This document shows, piece after piece, positions 1 through 10,423 of a DNA stretch of 64,000 nucleotides. Both the position numbers and the translations under genes were made by a program. The number at the start of each line of letters is the position of its first letter. Positions within the stretch are counted from its first letter, which is position 1. Below the pieces are notes generated by a model. The model saw only the letters and a program-made list of their open reading frames with translations, did not search any database and was not told the origin of the DNA. Source of the DNA: an uncultured Actinomycetes bacterium (lineage in GTDB: Bacteria > Actinomycetota > Thermoleophilia > UBA2241); NCBI GenBank assembly GCA_963764225.1, contig CAVXRL010000008.1, positions 126,362-190,361 on the forward strand, in the 5' to 3' direction.

Positions 1-358
1 CGCGCGTTCTTCACCAGGATCGCCGAAGAGCACCAGCCGACGCTCCAGAGCATGACCGGTACGGTGCGCTTCGACATCGCCGACGGAGAGCGCACCGAGC
101 ACTGGTACCTGCAGCATCCGCAAGGGCGACGTCTCGGTGTCGCACGACGACGCCGGGGCGGACTGCGTGATCAGCGCCGACATCGGCACGTTCGACGAGA
201 TCATCTCCGGCCGCATGAACGCGATGGCCGCCGTGCTGCGCGGGGCCGTCGGCATCACGGGCAAGGTCGTCCTCCTCACGGCGCTGCAGCGGCTGTTCCC
301 CGGCCAGAGCGAGACGCAGGCCGAGCCACCCGCGGGGTACGCGAGGAGGCAGTCATGA
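1..358 (+). CDS. SCP2 sterol-binding domain protein. The 3' part is in this window, the 5' end is cut by the window edge, and there is an apparent frameshift near nt ~120.
   Basis: Translation across ORFs 52.. and 137..358 reads TGTVRFDIADGERTEHWYLQ..KGDVSVSHDDAGADCVISADIGTFDEIISGRMNAMAAVLRGAVGITGKVVLLTALQRLFPG, a typical SCP2 fold signature split across two frames. Confidence 0.5.
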
Positions 359-2461
359 GCGGTGAGGTCAAGATCCTCGACGGCAACACGTTCGTCGTGA
401 GCGATGAGGCGGGGGACATCGAGGCTTCGCCCACGGATCCCACGGGCCTGTTCGCGTTCGACACGCGCTTTCTCTCCAGGTGGGTGCTCACTGTGGATGG
501 CCAGCGGCTCAACCCGCTGTCGGTGGACGACCTGCAGTACTTCGAGACCCGGTTCTTCCTCGTGCCCGGCACCGGGACCGTCTACATCGACGCCAAGCTG
601 TCGGTGATCCGCCAGCGCGCCGTGGGCGGGGGCTTCCACGAGGAGCTCACGGTCCTGAACCATCGACGAGACGCCCGTCGACCTCGAGGTGCGGATCGAG
701 GCCGCCTCGGACTTCGCCGACCTCTTCGAGGTCAAGGACGCCCTGCAGAAGAAGGGCGCCTACTACACCGGCGTGGACGACGGCCGCCTGGTGCTCGGCT
801 ACAAGCGAGACACCTACGTGCGCGAGACCTGGGTGTCGGCGACGGCGCCTTGCGCGGTGGACGAGCACGGTCTGACGTTCGACGTCCACCTGGAGCCCCA
901 CGGCGAGTGGACGACCGACCTCCACGTGACGCTCGGCCGCGCCGTCGCGGGGCTCAGCGTCGAGCAGCCGAAGTACGGACGGCACGCCAAGGACCCGCTG
1001 CCGATCATGGAGCGGAGTCTGCAGAAGTGGATGGAGGAGGCCCCCAGGCTGGATTGCGACTGGGACCCGCTCAAGAGGACGTACGAGCGCAGCCTCGTGG
1101 ACCTGGCGGCGCTGCGCTTCTCTCCGGTGTCGCTGCCCGGCCACTACCTGCCGGCGGCCGGGCTGCCCTGGTTCATGACCATGTTCGGCCGCGACAGCAT
1201 CTTCACCAGCTTGCAGGCGCTGCCGTTCACACCCGAGCTCGCCCGGACGACGCTCGTCGCCCTCGGCCTGTGGCAGGGCTCGCGCCGGGACGACTTCCGC
1301 GACGAAGACCCCGGCCGCATCCTCCACGAGCTGCGCTTCGGCGAGATGACGGCGTTCGAGGAGCGGCCGCACTCGCCGTACTACGGCTCGGTGGACGCGA
1401 CGCCGCTCTTCGTGGTGCTGCTCGACGAGTACGAGCGCTGGACGGGCGACACGAAGCTGGTGCGGGCTCTCGAGCATGAGGCGCGCGCGGCCCTGGCCTG
1501 GATCGACGATTACGCCGACCTGCAGGGCAACGGCTACATCGCGTACCAGCGCCGCAACGAGCAGTCGGGGCTCGAGAACCAGTGCTGGAAGGACTCCTGG
1601 GACTCCATCTCCTACCACGACGGCCGCCTGCCGGGGTTCCCGCGCGCCACCTGCGAGCTGCAGGGCTACGCCTACGACGCCAAGATGCGCGGCGCCCGGC
1701 TGGCGCGCCAGGTGTGGCGTGACCCCGATTTCGCCGACCGGCTCGAGAAGCAGGCGGCGGAGCTCAAGCGGCGTTTCAACCGCGACTTCTGGGTCGCCGA
1801 CCGGCAGTACTTCGCGCTCGCGCTGGAGGCCGACGGCAGCAAGGTGGACGCCCTCGCCTCCAACAACGGCCACCTGCTCTGGAGCGGGATCGTCGACAAG
1901 ACGAAGGCCAAGGCGGTGGCGGCGCACCTCATGTCGCCGGCCATGTACTCGGGCTGGGGCGTGCGCACGCTGGCCACGGGAGAGGCGCGCTACAACCCGA
2001 TCGGCTACCACGTCGGTACGGTCTGGCCCTTCGACAGTTCCATCGTCGCCTGGGGCCTGCGCCGCTACGGGTTCAAGGAGGAGGCGGCGCGGATAGCCGC
2101 GGGCATCCTCGACGCCGCCGAGTTCTTCGACGGACGTCTGCCCGAGGCGTTCGGCGGCTACCCCCGGGAGCTGACCAAGTACCCGGTGCAGTACCCGACC
2201 GCCTGCAGCCCGCAGGCGTGGTCGACGGGCGCTCCCCTGCTGCTGCTGCGCACCATGCTCGGGCTGGAGCCCACCGGGGACCACCTCATCGTCGACCCGG
2301 CGCTGCCGGTCGGCATCGGCCGCCTGGAACTGCTGGACATCCCCGGGCGCTGGGGGCACATGGACGCCTTCGGGCGCGGCCGCGTGAACGTCGAGAAGCG
2401 GCGGCGGTCCCGCTCCCAGCTGGGAGTGATCGACCACGAGACCAAGAACGGCCGTCGCTGA
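358..2461 (+). CDS. Glycogen debranching enzyme / amylo-alpha-1,6-glucosidase family protein (GDE_N + GDE_C), with an apparent frameshift near ~660.
   Basis: The N-terminus MSGEVKILDGNTFVVSDEAGDIE is in frame 1 (inside ORF 52..1479). It continues in ORF 689..2461 (…HYLPAAGLPWFMTMFGRDSIFTSLQ…WSTGAPLLLLRTMLGLEP), giving glucoamylase-like (alpha/alpha)6 barrel motifs. Confidence 0.7.
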
Positions 2462-2506
2462 CCGGCGCCGGGCGAGGCATACGATCGAGAGTGTGAGAGG
2501 ACGACC

Positions 2507-4195
2507 ATGAAGGTGATCATCGTTGGAGGAGTGGCCGGCGGAGCTTCGTGCGCCGCGCGTCTGCGCAGGCTGGACGAGAGTGCGGAGATCGTCCTGCTGG
2601 AGCGGGGACCCTACGTGTCCTACGCGAACTGCGGGCTTCCGTACTACGTCGGCGGCGTCATCGACAAGCAGGCGAGCCTCCTGCTCGCGACGCCGGAGGT
2701 GTTCCGCCAGACGTTCGCCATCGACTGCCGCACCGGCTGCGAGGTCGTCGGCATCTCCCCGGCGGAGGGGATCGTGGAGCTGAAGGATCTGGCGACGGGC
2801 GAGGTGACCAGCGAGAGCTACGACAAGCTCGTGCTCTCGCCCGGGGCCGCGCCGATCCGCCCGCCGCTGCCCGGGATCGACCTGCCGGGCATCTTCCCGG
2901 TGCGCACGGTGCCGGACGCCGCCGCCGTGCGCGAGTGGGTGCAGAGCAGCCTCACCGAGCTCCCGGGCCTCGACTCGTACACGGGCGCACAGGCCCGCCG
3001 GCGGCAGCGCCGCGCCGTCGTCGTCGGCGGCGGGTTCATCGGCCTCGAGATGGCCGAGAACCTCGCGGAGCTCGGCCTCGACGTCACCGTCGTGCAGCGT
3101 GGCGACCAGCTCATGACGCCGGTCGACGGGGAGATGGCGCGCTACGTCCAGCGGCACCTGGAGAACCACGGCGTCCACATCGTGCTGAACGACGGCGCGT
3201 CCGGCTTCGAGCAGGCCGAGGCGGGCTCGCTCGAGGTCCTCACTCTGTCCGGCGAGCGGCTGCCGGCGGACGTGGTGGTGCTCGGCATCGGGGTGCGCCC
3301 CGAGACGAAGCTCGCCGAGATGGCCGGCGTCGAGCTCGGCGAGCACGGCGGCATCCGCGTGGACGACCAGATGCGCACGAGCGACCCGGACATCTTCGCC
3401 GTCGGCGACGCCGTCGAGAAGTTCGACTACGTGACGGACGAGTGGTCGATGCTGGCCCTCGCCGGGCCGGCCAACCGCCAGGGCCGCGTCGCCGCCGACG
3501 TGCTGGCCGGCCGCGACGCGCACTTCCGCGGCGTGCAGGGCACGGCCATCGTGGGCCTGTTCGGCGGCGCCCTCGCCTGGACCGGCGTGAGCGAGAAGAC
3601 GCTCAAGCGGAGGGGCGACGACGACTACGAGAAGGTCTACCTCTTCCCGAACTCGCACGCCGGCTACTACCCCAACGCCCTCCCGATCGCGATGAAGGTC
3701 ATCTTCCGCAAGTCCGACGGCCGGCTCCTCGGGGCGCAGGCTGTGGGCCGTGACGGGGTGGACAAGCGCATCGACGCCATCGCCGTGGCGATCCAGCTCG
3801 GCGGTACGATCCGCGACCTGGAAGAGGTGGAGCTCTGCTACGCGCCCCAGTTCGGCAGCGCCAAGTCGCCGGCCAACTTCGCCGGCATGGTCGCCGGCAA
3901 CGTGCTGGCCGGCGACATGCCGCTCGCGCACTGGGGCGACCTGGACGGTGAGTTCCTGCTCGACGTCCGGCACCCCGAGGAGCTCGCCGCGGAGGCGCTG
4001 CCGGGCGTCGTCAACATCCCGGTCGACCAGCTCCGCGGCCGTCTGGGCGAGTTGCCGCGCGACCAGACCATCGCCGTCATCTGCCGCTCCGGCCAGCGCG
4101 CCTACTACGCCGTGCGCGTCCTGCTGCAGAACGGCTTCGACGCGCGCGTCATGTCGGGAGGTATGCTCTCGCACGAGATCTTCTCCGAGGTCTGA
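2507..4195 (+). CDS. CoA-disulfide reductase-like pyridine nucleotide-disulfide oxidoreductase with a C-terminal rhodanese domain.
   Basis: MKVIIVGGVAGGASCAARLRR…SYANCGLPYY carries the single-Cys CoADR/Nox motif. A second Rossmann motif VVVGGGFIGLEMAE and a C-terminal rhodanese segment (…VICRSGQRAYYAVRVLLQNGF…) follow. Confidence 0.8.
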   Translation: MKVIIVGGVAGGASCAARLRRLDESAEIVLLERGPYVSYANCGLPYYVGGVIDKQASLLLATPEVFRQTFAIDCRTGCEVVGISPAEGIVELKDLATGEVTSESYDKLVLSPGAAPIRPPLPGIDLPGIFPVRTVPDAAAVREWVQSSLTELPGLDSYTGAQARRRQRRAVVVGGGFIGLEMAENLAELGLDVTVVQRGDQLMTPVDGEMARYVQRHLENHGVHIVLNDGASGFEQAEAGSLEVLTLSGERLPADVVVLGIGVRPETKLAEMAGVELGEHGGIRVDDQMRTSDPDIFAVGDAVEKFDYVTDEWSMLALAGPANRQGRVAADVLAGRDAHFRGVQGTAIVGLFGGALAWTGVSEKTLKRRGDDDYEKVYLFPNSHAGYYPNALPIAMKVIFRKSDGRLLGAQAVGRDGVDKRIDAIAVAIQLGGTIRDLEEVELCYAPQFGSAKSPANFAGMVAGNVLAGDMPLAHWGDLDGEFLLDVRHPEELAAEALPGVVNIPVDQLRGRLGELPRDQTIAVICRSGQRAYYAVRVLLQNGFDARVMSGGMLSHEIFSEV

Positions 4196-4231
4196 CGCGG
4201 GCCGTCCCGGAGGCCGCAGGAGGGCGATGCC

Positions 4232-5792
4232 GTGAGGGACGATCTGTATCTGGGCCTCGACGTCGGCTCGTCGAGCACGAAAGCCGTGCTCGTCGGGGCA
4301 GACGGGGTCGTGGTCGCCGACGCGCGCATCGAGCACGGCATCTCGCGCCCGCAGCCGGGCTGGGCCGAGCAGGACGCCGAACGTGACTGGTGGGGCGGCG
4401 TGGTCGAGGTGTGCCGCCGCGTGCTCCCGGGCAGCGCCGCGCGCGTGCGCGCCGTGGGCGTGAGCGCCCTCGGCCCCTGCGTCCTCCCGGTCGCCGGGGA
4501 CGGGCGCGCGTTGCGGCCCGCCATCCTCTACGGGATCGACACGAGGGCGGTCGCGCAGATGGAGCGGCTGACCGCCGAACTGGGCGCGGAAGAGATCCTC
4601 GCCCGCTGCGGGTCGCGGCTCTCGAGCCAGTCGGCGGGACCGAAGATCCGCTGGCTCGTCGACGAGGAGCCGGGCGTGTGGTCCGCGACCCGGCGTGTCT
4701 TCGGCGCGAGCTCCTACCTGGTCTCGCGCCTCACCGGCGAGTACGTCCTCGACCACCACAGCGCCAGCCACTGGGCGCCGCTCTACGACGTCCACACCAA
4801 CGCCTGGATCGAGGAGTGGGTGGAGGCGGTCGCCCCGGGGCTGCTGTTGCCGCGGCTGGTCTGGCCCCAGGAGGAGTGCGGGGCCGTGAGCCGTGAGGCC
4901 GCGGCGGCGACCGGCCTGCCGCGGGGCGTTCCCGGTCGTCGCCGGCAGCATCGACTCCTGGTGTGAGGTGGCAGCCGCCGGCTTGCGCGGCCCGGGCGAG
5001 GGGCTCCTCGTCTACGGCACGAGCATGTTCCTCGTCGAGGTGCACAGCCCGGCGCGGCCCGATCCGCGGCTGTGGAGCACCGTGGGCTTCGCACCGGGCG
5101 CGCTGAACATCGCCGCCGGGGTGGCCTCGGCCGGGGCGCTCACCTCCTGGCTCCAGGACCTCACCGGTGAGGTCCCGTACGAGATCCTGTACGAGGAGGC
5201 CGCCGCGGCGGGGACCGGCGCCGGCGGCCTCCTCGCGCTGCCGTACTTCGCCGGCGAGCGCACGCCGCTGTTCGACCCGGACCTTCGCGGCGCGCTGCTG
5301 GGGCTGACCGCGGCGCACGGCCGGGGGCACCTCTTCCGGGCGCTCATGGAGGCCGCCGCCTTCGCCGTGCGCCACAACCTCGAGACGATGCGCGAGGCGG
5401 GGGCGACCATCGCCGGCCTGCGCAGCAGCGGCGGCGGGGTGGCCGGCGCGCTCTGGCCGCAGATCGTGAGCGACGTCACCGGGCTGGGGCAGGACGTGCG
5501 CAGGGGGCCGTCCCGCGCGGGCGTCGGCGCCGCTCTCTTCGCGGCGGTGGCCTCCGGCGCGGCGTCGCTGCAGACGCGCTGGCCGCAGCCGACGGAGCGC
5601 GTGGAGCCCGACCCGGAGGCGGCGCTCCTGTACGACGAGCTCTACGGGCGCTTCAGCGAGCTGGCGAGCGCCACCCGCCCGCTCGCCCACGCGCTCGCGG
5701 TCTGGCAGCGGGCCCTCGCGCATGACACGATGACGCCGGTGGAGAGGGACGGGGGCGACCACCCCGCAGAAGGACGAAAGGGGACGACATGA
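4232..5792 (+). CDS. FGGY-family carbohydrate kinase (xylulokinase-like), with an apparent frameshift near ~4930.
   Basis: LYLGLDVGSSSTKAVLV…GWAEQDAERDWW is in ORF 4232..4966. The kinase continues in ORF 4893..5792 (…GSIDSWCEV…YGTSMFLVEV…LPYFAGERTPLFDPDLRGALLGLT…). Confidence 0.7.
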
Positions 5793-7156
5793 CCGGCGAC
5801 ACCGCACTGCCCAGGCCCGGCGCAGCACGGCGGCTCGCCGCCGTCGCCGCCATCGTGCTGGTCGTGGCCGTCATCGTCACCACCGTGCTCGCCATCGTCG
5901 ACCGGCCGCTCGAGGTGGTCGTGCAGGTGGTCTTGCTGGCGGTCGTCCTGCTCGCCGCGTGGAACGCGCTCACGCGCAAGCAGGCGGCGCGGGTGGTCTG
6001 GATCGTCGTCGCCGTCGTCGCCGCCGTCGCCGTCCTGGTCATCCAGGTCTCCGGCTTCGAGGGGCGCCTGCTCTCGCTGCTGGTGCGGCTGGCCCTCCTG
6101 GGCGTCGCGCTTGCTCTGGCGCGCTACGCGCTGACGCGCGACGTGCGCTCGCTCAAGCAGATGGAGACGCCGGGGAAGCCGGTACCGGCCGCGCGGCACG
6201 GTGTACTCATCATGAACCTCAAGTCCGGGGGCGGGAAGGCCGAGAAGTTCCACCTCGTGGACGAGTGTCGCGCGCGAGGGATCGAGCCGGTCGTCCTGCA
6301 GCGCGGGGACGACCTGCTCCAGCTCGCGCGCGACGCCATCGACGGCGGCGCCGACGTGGTGGGCATGGCCGGCGGCGACGGCTCGCAGGCGCTCGTCGCC
6401 AGCATCGCCGCCGAGCGCGGCGTGCCGATGGTCGTCATCCCGGCCGGCACGCGCAACCACTTCGCCCTCGACATCGGGCTGGACCGCGAGGACGTGGTCG
6501 GCGCGCTCGACGCCTACGGCGAGGCGCGCGAGCGCGTCATCGACCTCGCCGACGTCAACGGCCGCATCTTCGTCAACAACGTGTCGCTCGGTCTGTACGC
6601 GACCATCGTGCGCTCGCCGGAGTACCGCGACGCCAAGCGGGAGACGACCCTGGCGGCGCTCCCCGAGATGCTCGGCCCCGGGTCCGAGCCGTTCGACCTG
6701 CGCTTCACCACTCCGGACGGCGGCGAGCACCACGGCGCGCACGTGATCCAGGTGTCCAACGGCCCGTACGGGACCACCACCGGCGGCATCACCTCGCGTC
6801 CGCGCCTCGACACGGGCACGCTCGGCGTCTTCTCGCTGGTCGTGCCGGACGCCGCGTCGGCGACGCGCGCCATCGCCGCCATGACGACCGCCACGCCCGC
6901 CCTCTACGAGGGCTACAAGACCTGGAGCGCGCCGACGTTCGAGGTGGCCTCGGACTCGCCGATCGCGGTCGGGCTCGACGGAGAGTCACTGGAGATGGAG
7001 CCGCCGCTCGTGTTCCGCTCGCGGCCGGGCGTGCTGCGCCTGCGGCTGCCGCTCGGGGCGATCGGCTACTCGCCGGCCGCACGCGCCACCGGCGTCAAAG
7101 GCCTGCTCGGGCTGTGGCGGGTCGTGCTCGGGCGGCCCGTCCACGTCGACGCCTGA
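5789..7156 (+). CDS. Membrane-anchored DAGK_cat family lipid kinase.
   Basis: The N-terminus is hydrophobic. It is followed by HGVLIMNLKSGGGKA…VGMAGGDGSQALVASIAAERGVPMVVIPAGTRNHFA (DAGK catalytic motif). There is an ATGA start/stop overlap with the upstream kinase. Confidence 0.7.
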   Translation: MTGDTALPRPGAARRLAAVAAIVLVVAVIVTTVLAIVDRPLEVVVQVVLLAVVLLAAWNALTRKQAARVVWIVVAVVAAVAVLVIQVSGFEGRLLSLLVRLALLGVALALARYALTRDVRSLKQMETPGKPVPAARHGVLIMNLKSGGGKAEKFHLVDECRARGIEPVVLQRGDDLLQLARDAIDGGADVVGMAGGDGSQALVASIAAERGVPMVVIPAGTRNHFALDIGLDREDVVGALDAYGEARERVIDLADVNGRIFVNNVSLGLYATIVRSPEYRDAKRETTLAALPEMLGPGSEPFDLRFTTPDGGEHHGAHVIQVSNGPYGTTTGGITSRPRLDTGTLGVFSLVVPDAASATRAIAAMTTATPALYEGYKTWSAPTFEVASDSPIAVGLDGESLEMEPPLVFRSRPGVLRLRLPLGAIGYSPAARATGVKGLLGLWRVVLGRPVHVDA

Positions 7157-7171
7157 CGCGCGCCGCCGGGC

Positions 7172-8965
7172 TCAGCGGTCCGGGTCCTGCTCTTCCAGCG
7201 CGTCCTGCCAGCGGTGCGGCACGTCGTCTGACTCCGGGTCGTGCGCCGCGATGTCCCGCATCGCCGGCTTCATCTTGGCGAAGAAGTGCTCCCGATCCAG
7301 CTCGTCGAGCAGCCCGTAGGTCCTGACGCGGTCCTGCAGTCTGGCCCGCAGTTCCACGAAGGCGATGTGGATGCCCTTCTCGTTGAGCTCGTGGTCCAGG
7401 CCCCTGAGCATGTCTGCCGCGGTGACGTCGATGTCCGTGACCGCCTCGCACTGCAGCACCACCCAGTGCGGCTCGCGCTCGCGCACGAGCCTGCGGATCT
7501 GACGACGGAAGATGCCGGCGTTGGCGAAGAAGAGCGGCGCCTCCCAGCGGTAGATCACGACTCCGGGGGCGAGCTCGGCGCCGGGGTAGCGCTTGACGTC
7601 GTGCCAGCCCTTCAGGTCGTGGACGTAGCCGAGCTCGGCGCCCTCCGGCCACCAGCTGTGACGGAAGAAGAGCAGGATCGAGAGGATGGCGGCGATGAGG
7701 ATGCCCTGCAGTACGCCGAAGAAGACCACGCCTGCGGTGGCGACGAGCGAGAGCGCGAGCGCGGTCTTGCGCACGCGGGAGAAGCGTCCGAGAGACGCGA
7801 GGTCCATGAGCGAGACCGCGGCCATGATGACGACGGCGGCCAGCGCCGTCTGGGGCAGGTCGGCGAGCAGCCCCGGCAGGAAGAGGAGCAGCAGGATGAC
7901 CACGCCGGCGCCGACGAGCCCGGTGAGCTGGCTCTTGGCCCCGGAGCTCTCGGCGACCGCAGTCCGCGAGCCGCTGACGGAGATGGCGAAGCCCTGGAAC
8001 AGCCCGGCGGCCGCGTTGGAAGCCCCCACGGCGATCATCTCGTGGTCGGCGTCCACTTCGTCGCCGCGGCGGGCCGCGAAGCTGGACGAGGTCGCGATCG
8101 TGTCCGTGAGTGAGACGAGCGTGATGCCGACGGCCGCGGCGAAGAGCGCCGCGAGGTCGCTCAGGCTGGTCCAGGGCAGGGACGGCGTGGGCAGGCCCTG
8201 CGGCAGGACGCCGACGGTCTCAACGCCCTCGGCCGCGAGGCCGAGGGCGCCGGAGACGATCGTCGCGACCACCACGGCGACGAGCACGGCGGGGACCCTC
8301 TTGCTGATCCTCGGCAGCACGATGAGCATGGCCAGCACGCCGAGGCCGACCAGCAGGGTGGTCGTGTCCGTCTGGTCGAGGCCGGCGAAGAACGCCTGGA
8401 CCTCAGCGACGAACTTGTCCGCGTCGGTTGAGAAGCCGAAGAGCTTGGGCAGCTGGCCGACGATGATCGTGATCGCCAGCCCGTTCATGTACCCGACCTG
8501 GACCTCCTTGCTGAGCAGGTCGGCGATGAACCCCAGTTTGCCGACCCCGAGGCCGATCTCGATGAGGCCGACCATGAGCGCCAGCATGCCGGCGAGGGCG
8601 ATGGCCTGCGCCGGGTCGTTGGCCACGAGCAGCGGCGTGATGGCGGCGAAGATGAGCGGCGAGACGGACGAGTCGGGGCCGAGGACCAGCACGCGGCTCG
8701 GCCCCAGCAGCGCGTACACCACGAGGCAGGCGATGGTGGTGTAGAGGCCGGTGACGGGAGGGAGCCCGGCCAGCTCGGCGTAGGCCAGCCCTTGCGGCAC
8801 GAGGATCGCTGCCAGCACGATGCCGGCGACCAGGTCGAAGCGCAGCCACTGCTTCTTGTAGGCGCGCAGCATGCCCACGCCGGGGATCGCCCGGTCCAGG
8901 CGGCGCCGCCTGGCGCCGTCCGGCGCCGAGGCGCCGGGTACGCTCTGCGTCGAGGCCGCTCCCAC
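7172..8965 (-). CDS. SulP family sulfate/anion permease with a C-terminal STAS domain.
   Basis: WLRFDLVAGIVLAAILVPQGLAYAELAGLPPVTGLYTTI… matches the SulP signature. It has multiple TM segments and a C-terminal STAS-like region (…VVLQCEAVTDIDVTAADMLRGLDHELNEKGIHIAFVELR). Confidence 0.85.
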   Translation of the reverse strand: MGAASTQSVPGASAPDGARRRRLDRAIPGVGMLRAYKKQWLRFDLVAGIVLAAILVPQGLAYAELAGLPPVTGLYTTIACLVVYALLGPSRVLVLGPDSSVSPLIFAAITPLLVANDPAQAIALAGMLALMVGLIEIGLGVGKLGFIADLLSKEVQVGYMNGLAITIIVGQLPKLFGFSTDADKFVAEVQAFFAGLDQTDTTTLLVGLGVLAMLIVLPRISKRVPAVLVAVVVATIVSGALGLAAEGVETVGVLPQGLPTPSLPWTSLSDLAALFAAAVGITLVSLTDTIATSSSFAARRGDEVDADHEMIAVGASNAAAGLFQGFAISVSGSRTAVAESSGAKSQLTGLVGAGVVILLLLFLPGLLADLPQTALAAVVIMAAVSLMDLASLGRFSRVRKTALALSLVATAGVVFFGVLQGILIAAILSILLFFRHSWWPEGAELGYVHDLKGWHDVKRYPGAELAPGVVIYRWEAPLFFANAGIFRRQIRRLVREREPHWVVLQCEAVTDIDVTAADMLRGLDHELNEKGIHIAFVELRARLQDRVRTYGLLDELDREHFFAKMKPAMRDIAAHDPESDDVPHRWQDALEEQDPDR

Positions 8966-9020
8966 CGCTCCCCCCGTCCTCTCGGCTTCACCGATCGGTC
9001 ACGAATGGTAGCATCACCCC

Positions 9021-9674
9021 GTGACCGAGTCGCCACCCGATATTCCGGCCGAGGCGCCGCCCGAGGAGGAGCTCCGGCGGGCGGCCCCGCAGGGTTCGTT
9101 GCGGCGTCGCGTCCTCGACGAGCTCGTGGAGCTCGACCTGGCCGTCTACGAGGCCATCGAGGCGACGCCCACCCCGACCATCGACGTGCCGCTGCGCAGG
9201 CTGTCCAACGCGGCCAACCACGCAAAGCTGTACGTGGGCATCGGGGCCGTGCTCCTGGCGGTCGGCGGGCGCAAGGGGCGGCGAGCGGCCGTCACCGGCC
9301 TCGCCGCCGTCGCCGTGAACTCACTCGTCGTCAATCAGCCGATGAAGCTCCTCAGCCACCGGCCACGCCCCGAGCGCGGCCGCGTGCGCGTGACCGAGGC
9401 CCGGCAGACCAGGATGCCCACGTCGACGTCGTTCCCCAGTGGCCACTCCGCCTCCGGCTTCGCCTTCGCCGCCGGGGTGGCCGAGGCGATGCCGCAGCTC
9501 GGCATCCCGCTGCGCGCGCTCGCTACCGTAGTGGCCTACTCGCGCGTCCACTCCGGCGTGCACTATCCGGGCGATGTGGTGGTGGGCTCCCTGGTCGGCA
9601 TGGCCATCGGCGAGGGCACGGTGCTCGCCTCGCGCGCCGTGCGCGCCCGCCTGCCCGGCTCGGCCACGGACTGA
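9021..9674 (+). CDS. PAP2 family (type 2 phosphatidic acid phosphatase) membrane protein.
   Basis: KLLSHRPRP…SFPSGHSASGFAFAAG…SRVHSGVHYPGDVVVG gives the three PAP2 motifs. Confidence 0.75.
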   Translation: MTESPPDIPAEAPPEEELRRAAPQGSLRRRVLDELVELDLAVYEAIEATPTPTIDVPLRRLSNAANHAKLYVGIGAVLLAVGGRKGRRAAVTGLAAVAVNSLVVNQPMKLLSHRPRPERGRVRVTEARQTRMPTSTSFPSGHSASGFAFAAGVAEAMPQLGIPLRALATVVAYSRVHSGVHYPGDVVVGSLVGMAIGEGTVLASRAVRARLPGSATD

Positions 9675-9715
9675 CGCGGCGCGCCGCTGTGGTCTGAGGA
9701 TCGGGCGAAGCGACG

Positions 9716-10405
9716 ATGGGTGACCTCTGGGGCACGCTCCTCCCGCTGATCCTCGCCAGCGCGCTCGTGCCGGTGCAGGTCACCCTGACCGTCCTCTTGC
9801 TGCGGTCGTCCCTCGGGACCGCGGCCGCGTGGGTGGGCGGCATGACCGCCACGCGGCTCGTCCAGGGCGTGCTGTTCGGCGTCGTGTTCGCGGAGGCCGG
9901 GTCGTCGGCGCCCGAGGGCCAGTCCGGCCCCGGCCCCGTGGTCTCCGGCGTCCTGCTCGTCGTGGCCCTGCTCTTCCTGACCAAGGCGGTGAAGGAGCTG
10001 CTCGGCGGTGGCGGCGACGACGGAGACGACGAATCGTCGCCGCCCAGGTGGATGCGGCTCACCGAGGGGGTCACGCCCGGCAGGGCCTTCGTACTCGGCG
10101 CGGCCTACGTCGCCGTCGCCGCCAAGCTCTGGGTGTTCACGCTCGGGGCCGTCGGCGCCATCGACGAGGCCGGTCTGGGCGGCGCGGCGTCTGCGGCCCT
10201 CTTCGTGCTGTTCGTCGTGCTCGCGCAAGCCGTGCCGATCGCGGTGGTCGGGTACGCCGCGGTCGCCCGCGAGTCGTCCCGCGGCCTGCTCGACGCGCTG
10301 TCCGGCTGGCTCGAGAAGAACAGCCGGACCATGGTCATCGTGCTCGGCTTCGTCTTCGGCGCGTGGTTCCTGCTCAAGGCCCTGCAGGGCCTCGGGGTGC
10401 TCTGA
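9716..10405 (+). CDS. GAP-family / small hydrophobic membrane protein.
   Basis: Multi-TM ORF of 229 aa with no catalytic motifs. The family assignment is tentative. Confidence 0.45.
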   Translation: MGDLWGTLLPLILASALVPVQVTLTVLLLRSSLGTAAAWVGGMTATRLVQGVLFGVVFAEAGSSAPEGQSGPGPVVSGVLLVVALLFLTKAVKELLGGGGDDGDDESSPPRWMRLTEGVTPGRAFVLGAAYVAVAAKLWVFTLGAVGAIDEAGLGGAASAALFVLFVVLAQAVPIAVVGYAAVARESSRGLLDALSGWLEKNSRTMVIVLGFVFGAWFLLKALQGLGVL

Positions 10406-10423
10406 GCCGACGCCCCGCCCTGT

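Noticed and set aside
647-4951. Very long antisense ORFs overlapping real genes on the opposite strand or in other frames, for example:
- 647..4951 (-), 1434 aa;
- 15669..17831 (-);
- 15422..18193 (+);
- 24434..27010 (-);
- 35531..39043 (-), 1170 aa.
   Set aside because: Their translations are Arg/Ala/Gly/Pro-rich low-complexity strings, typical of stop-codon-poor alternative frames in ~70% GC DNA. Each overlaps a well-supported gene (FAD oxidoreductase, purL, the LDT, MttB and others).
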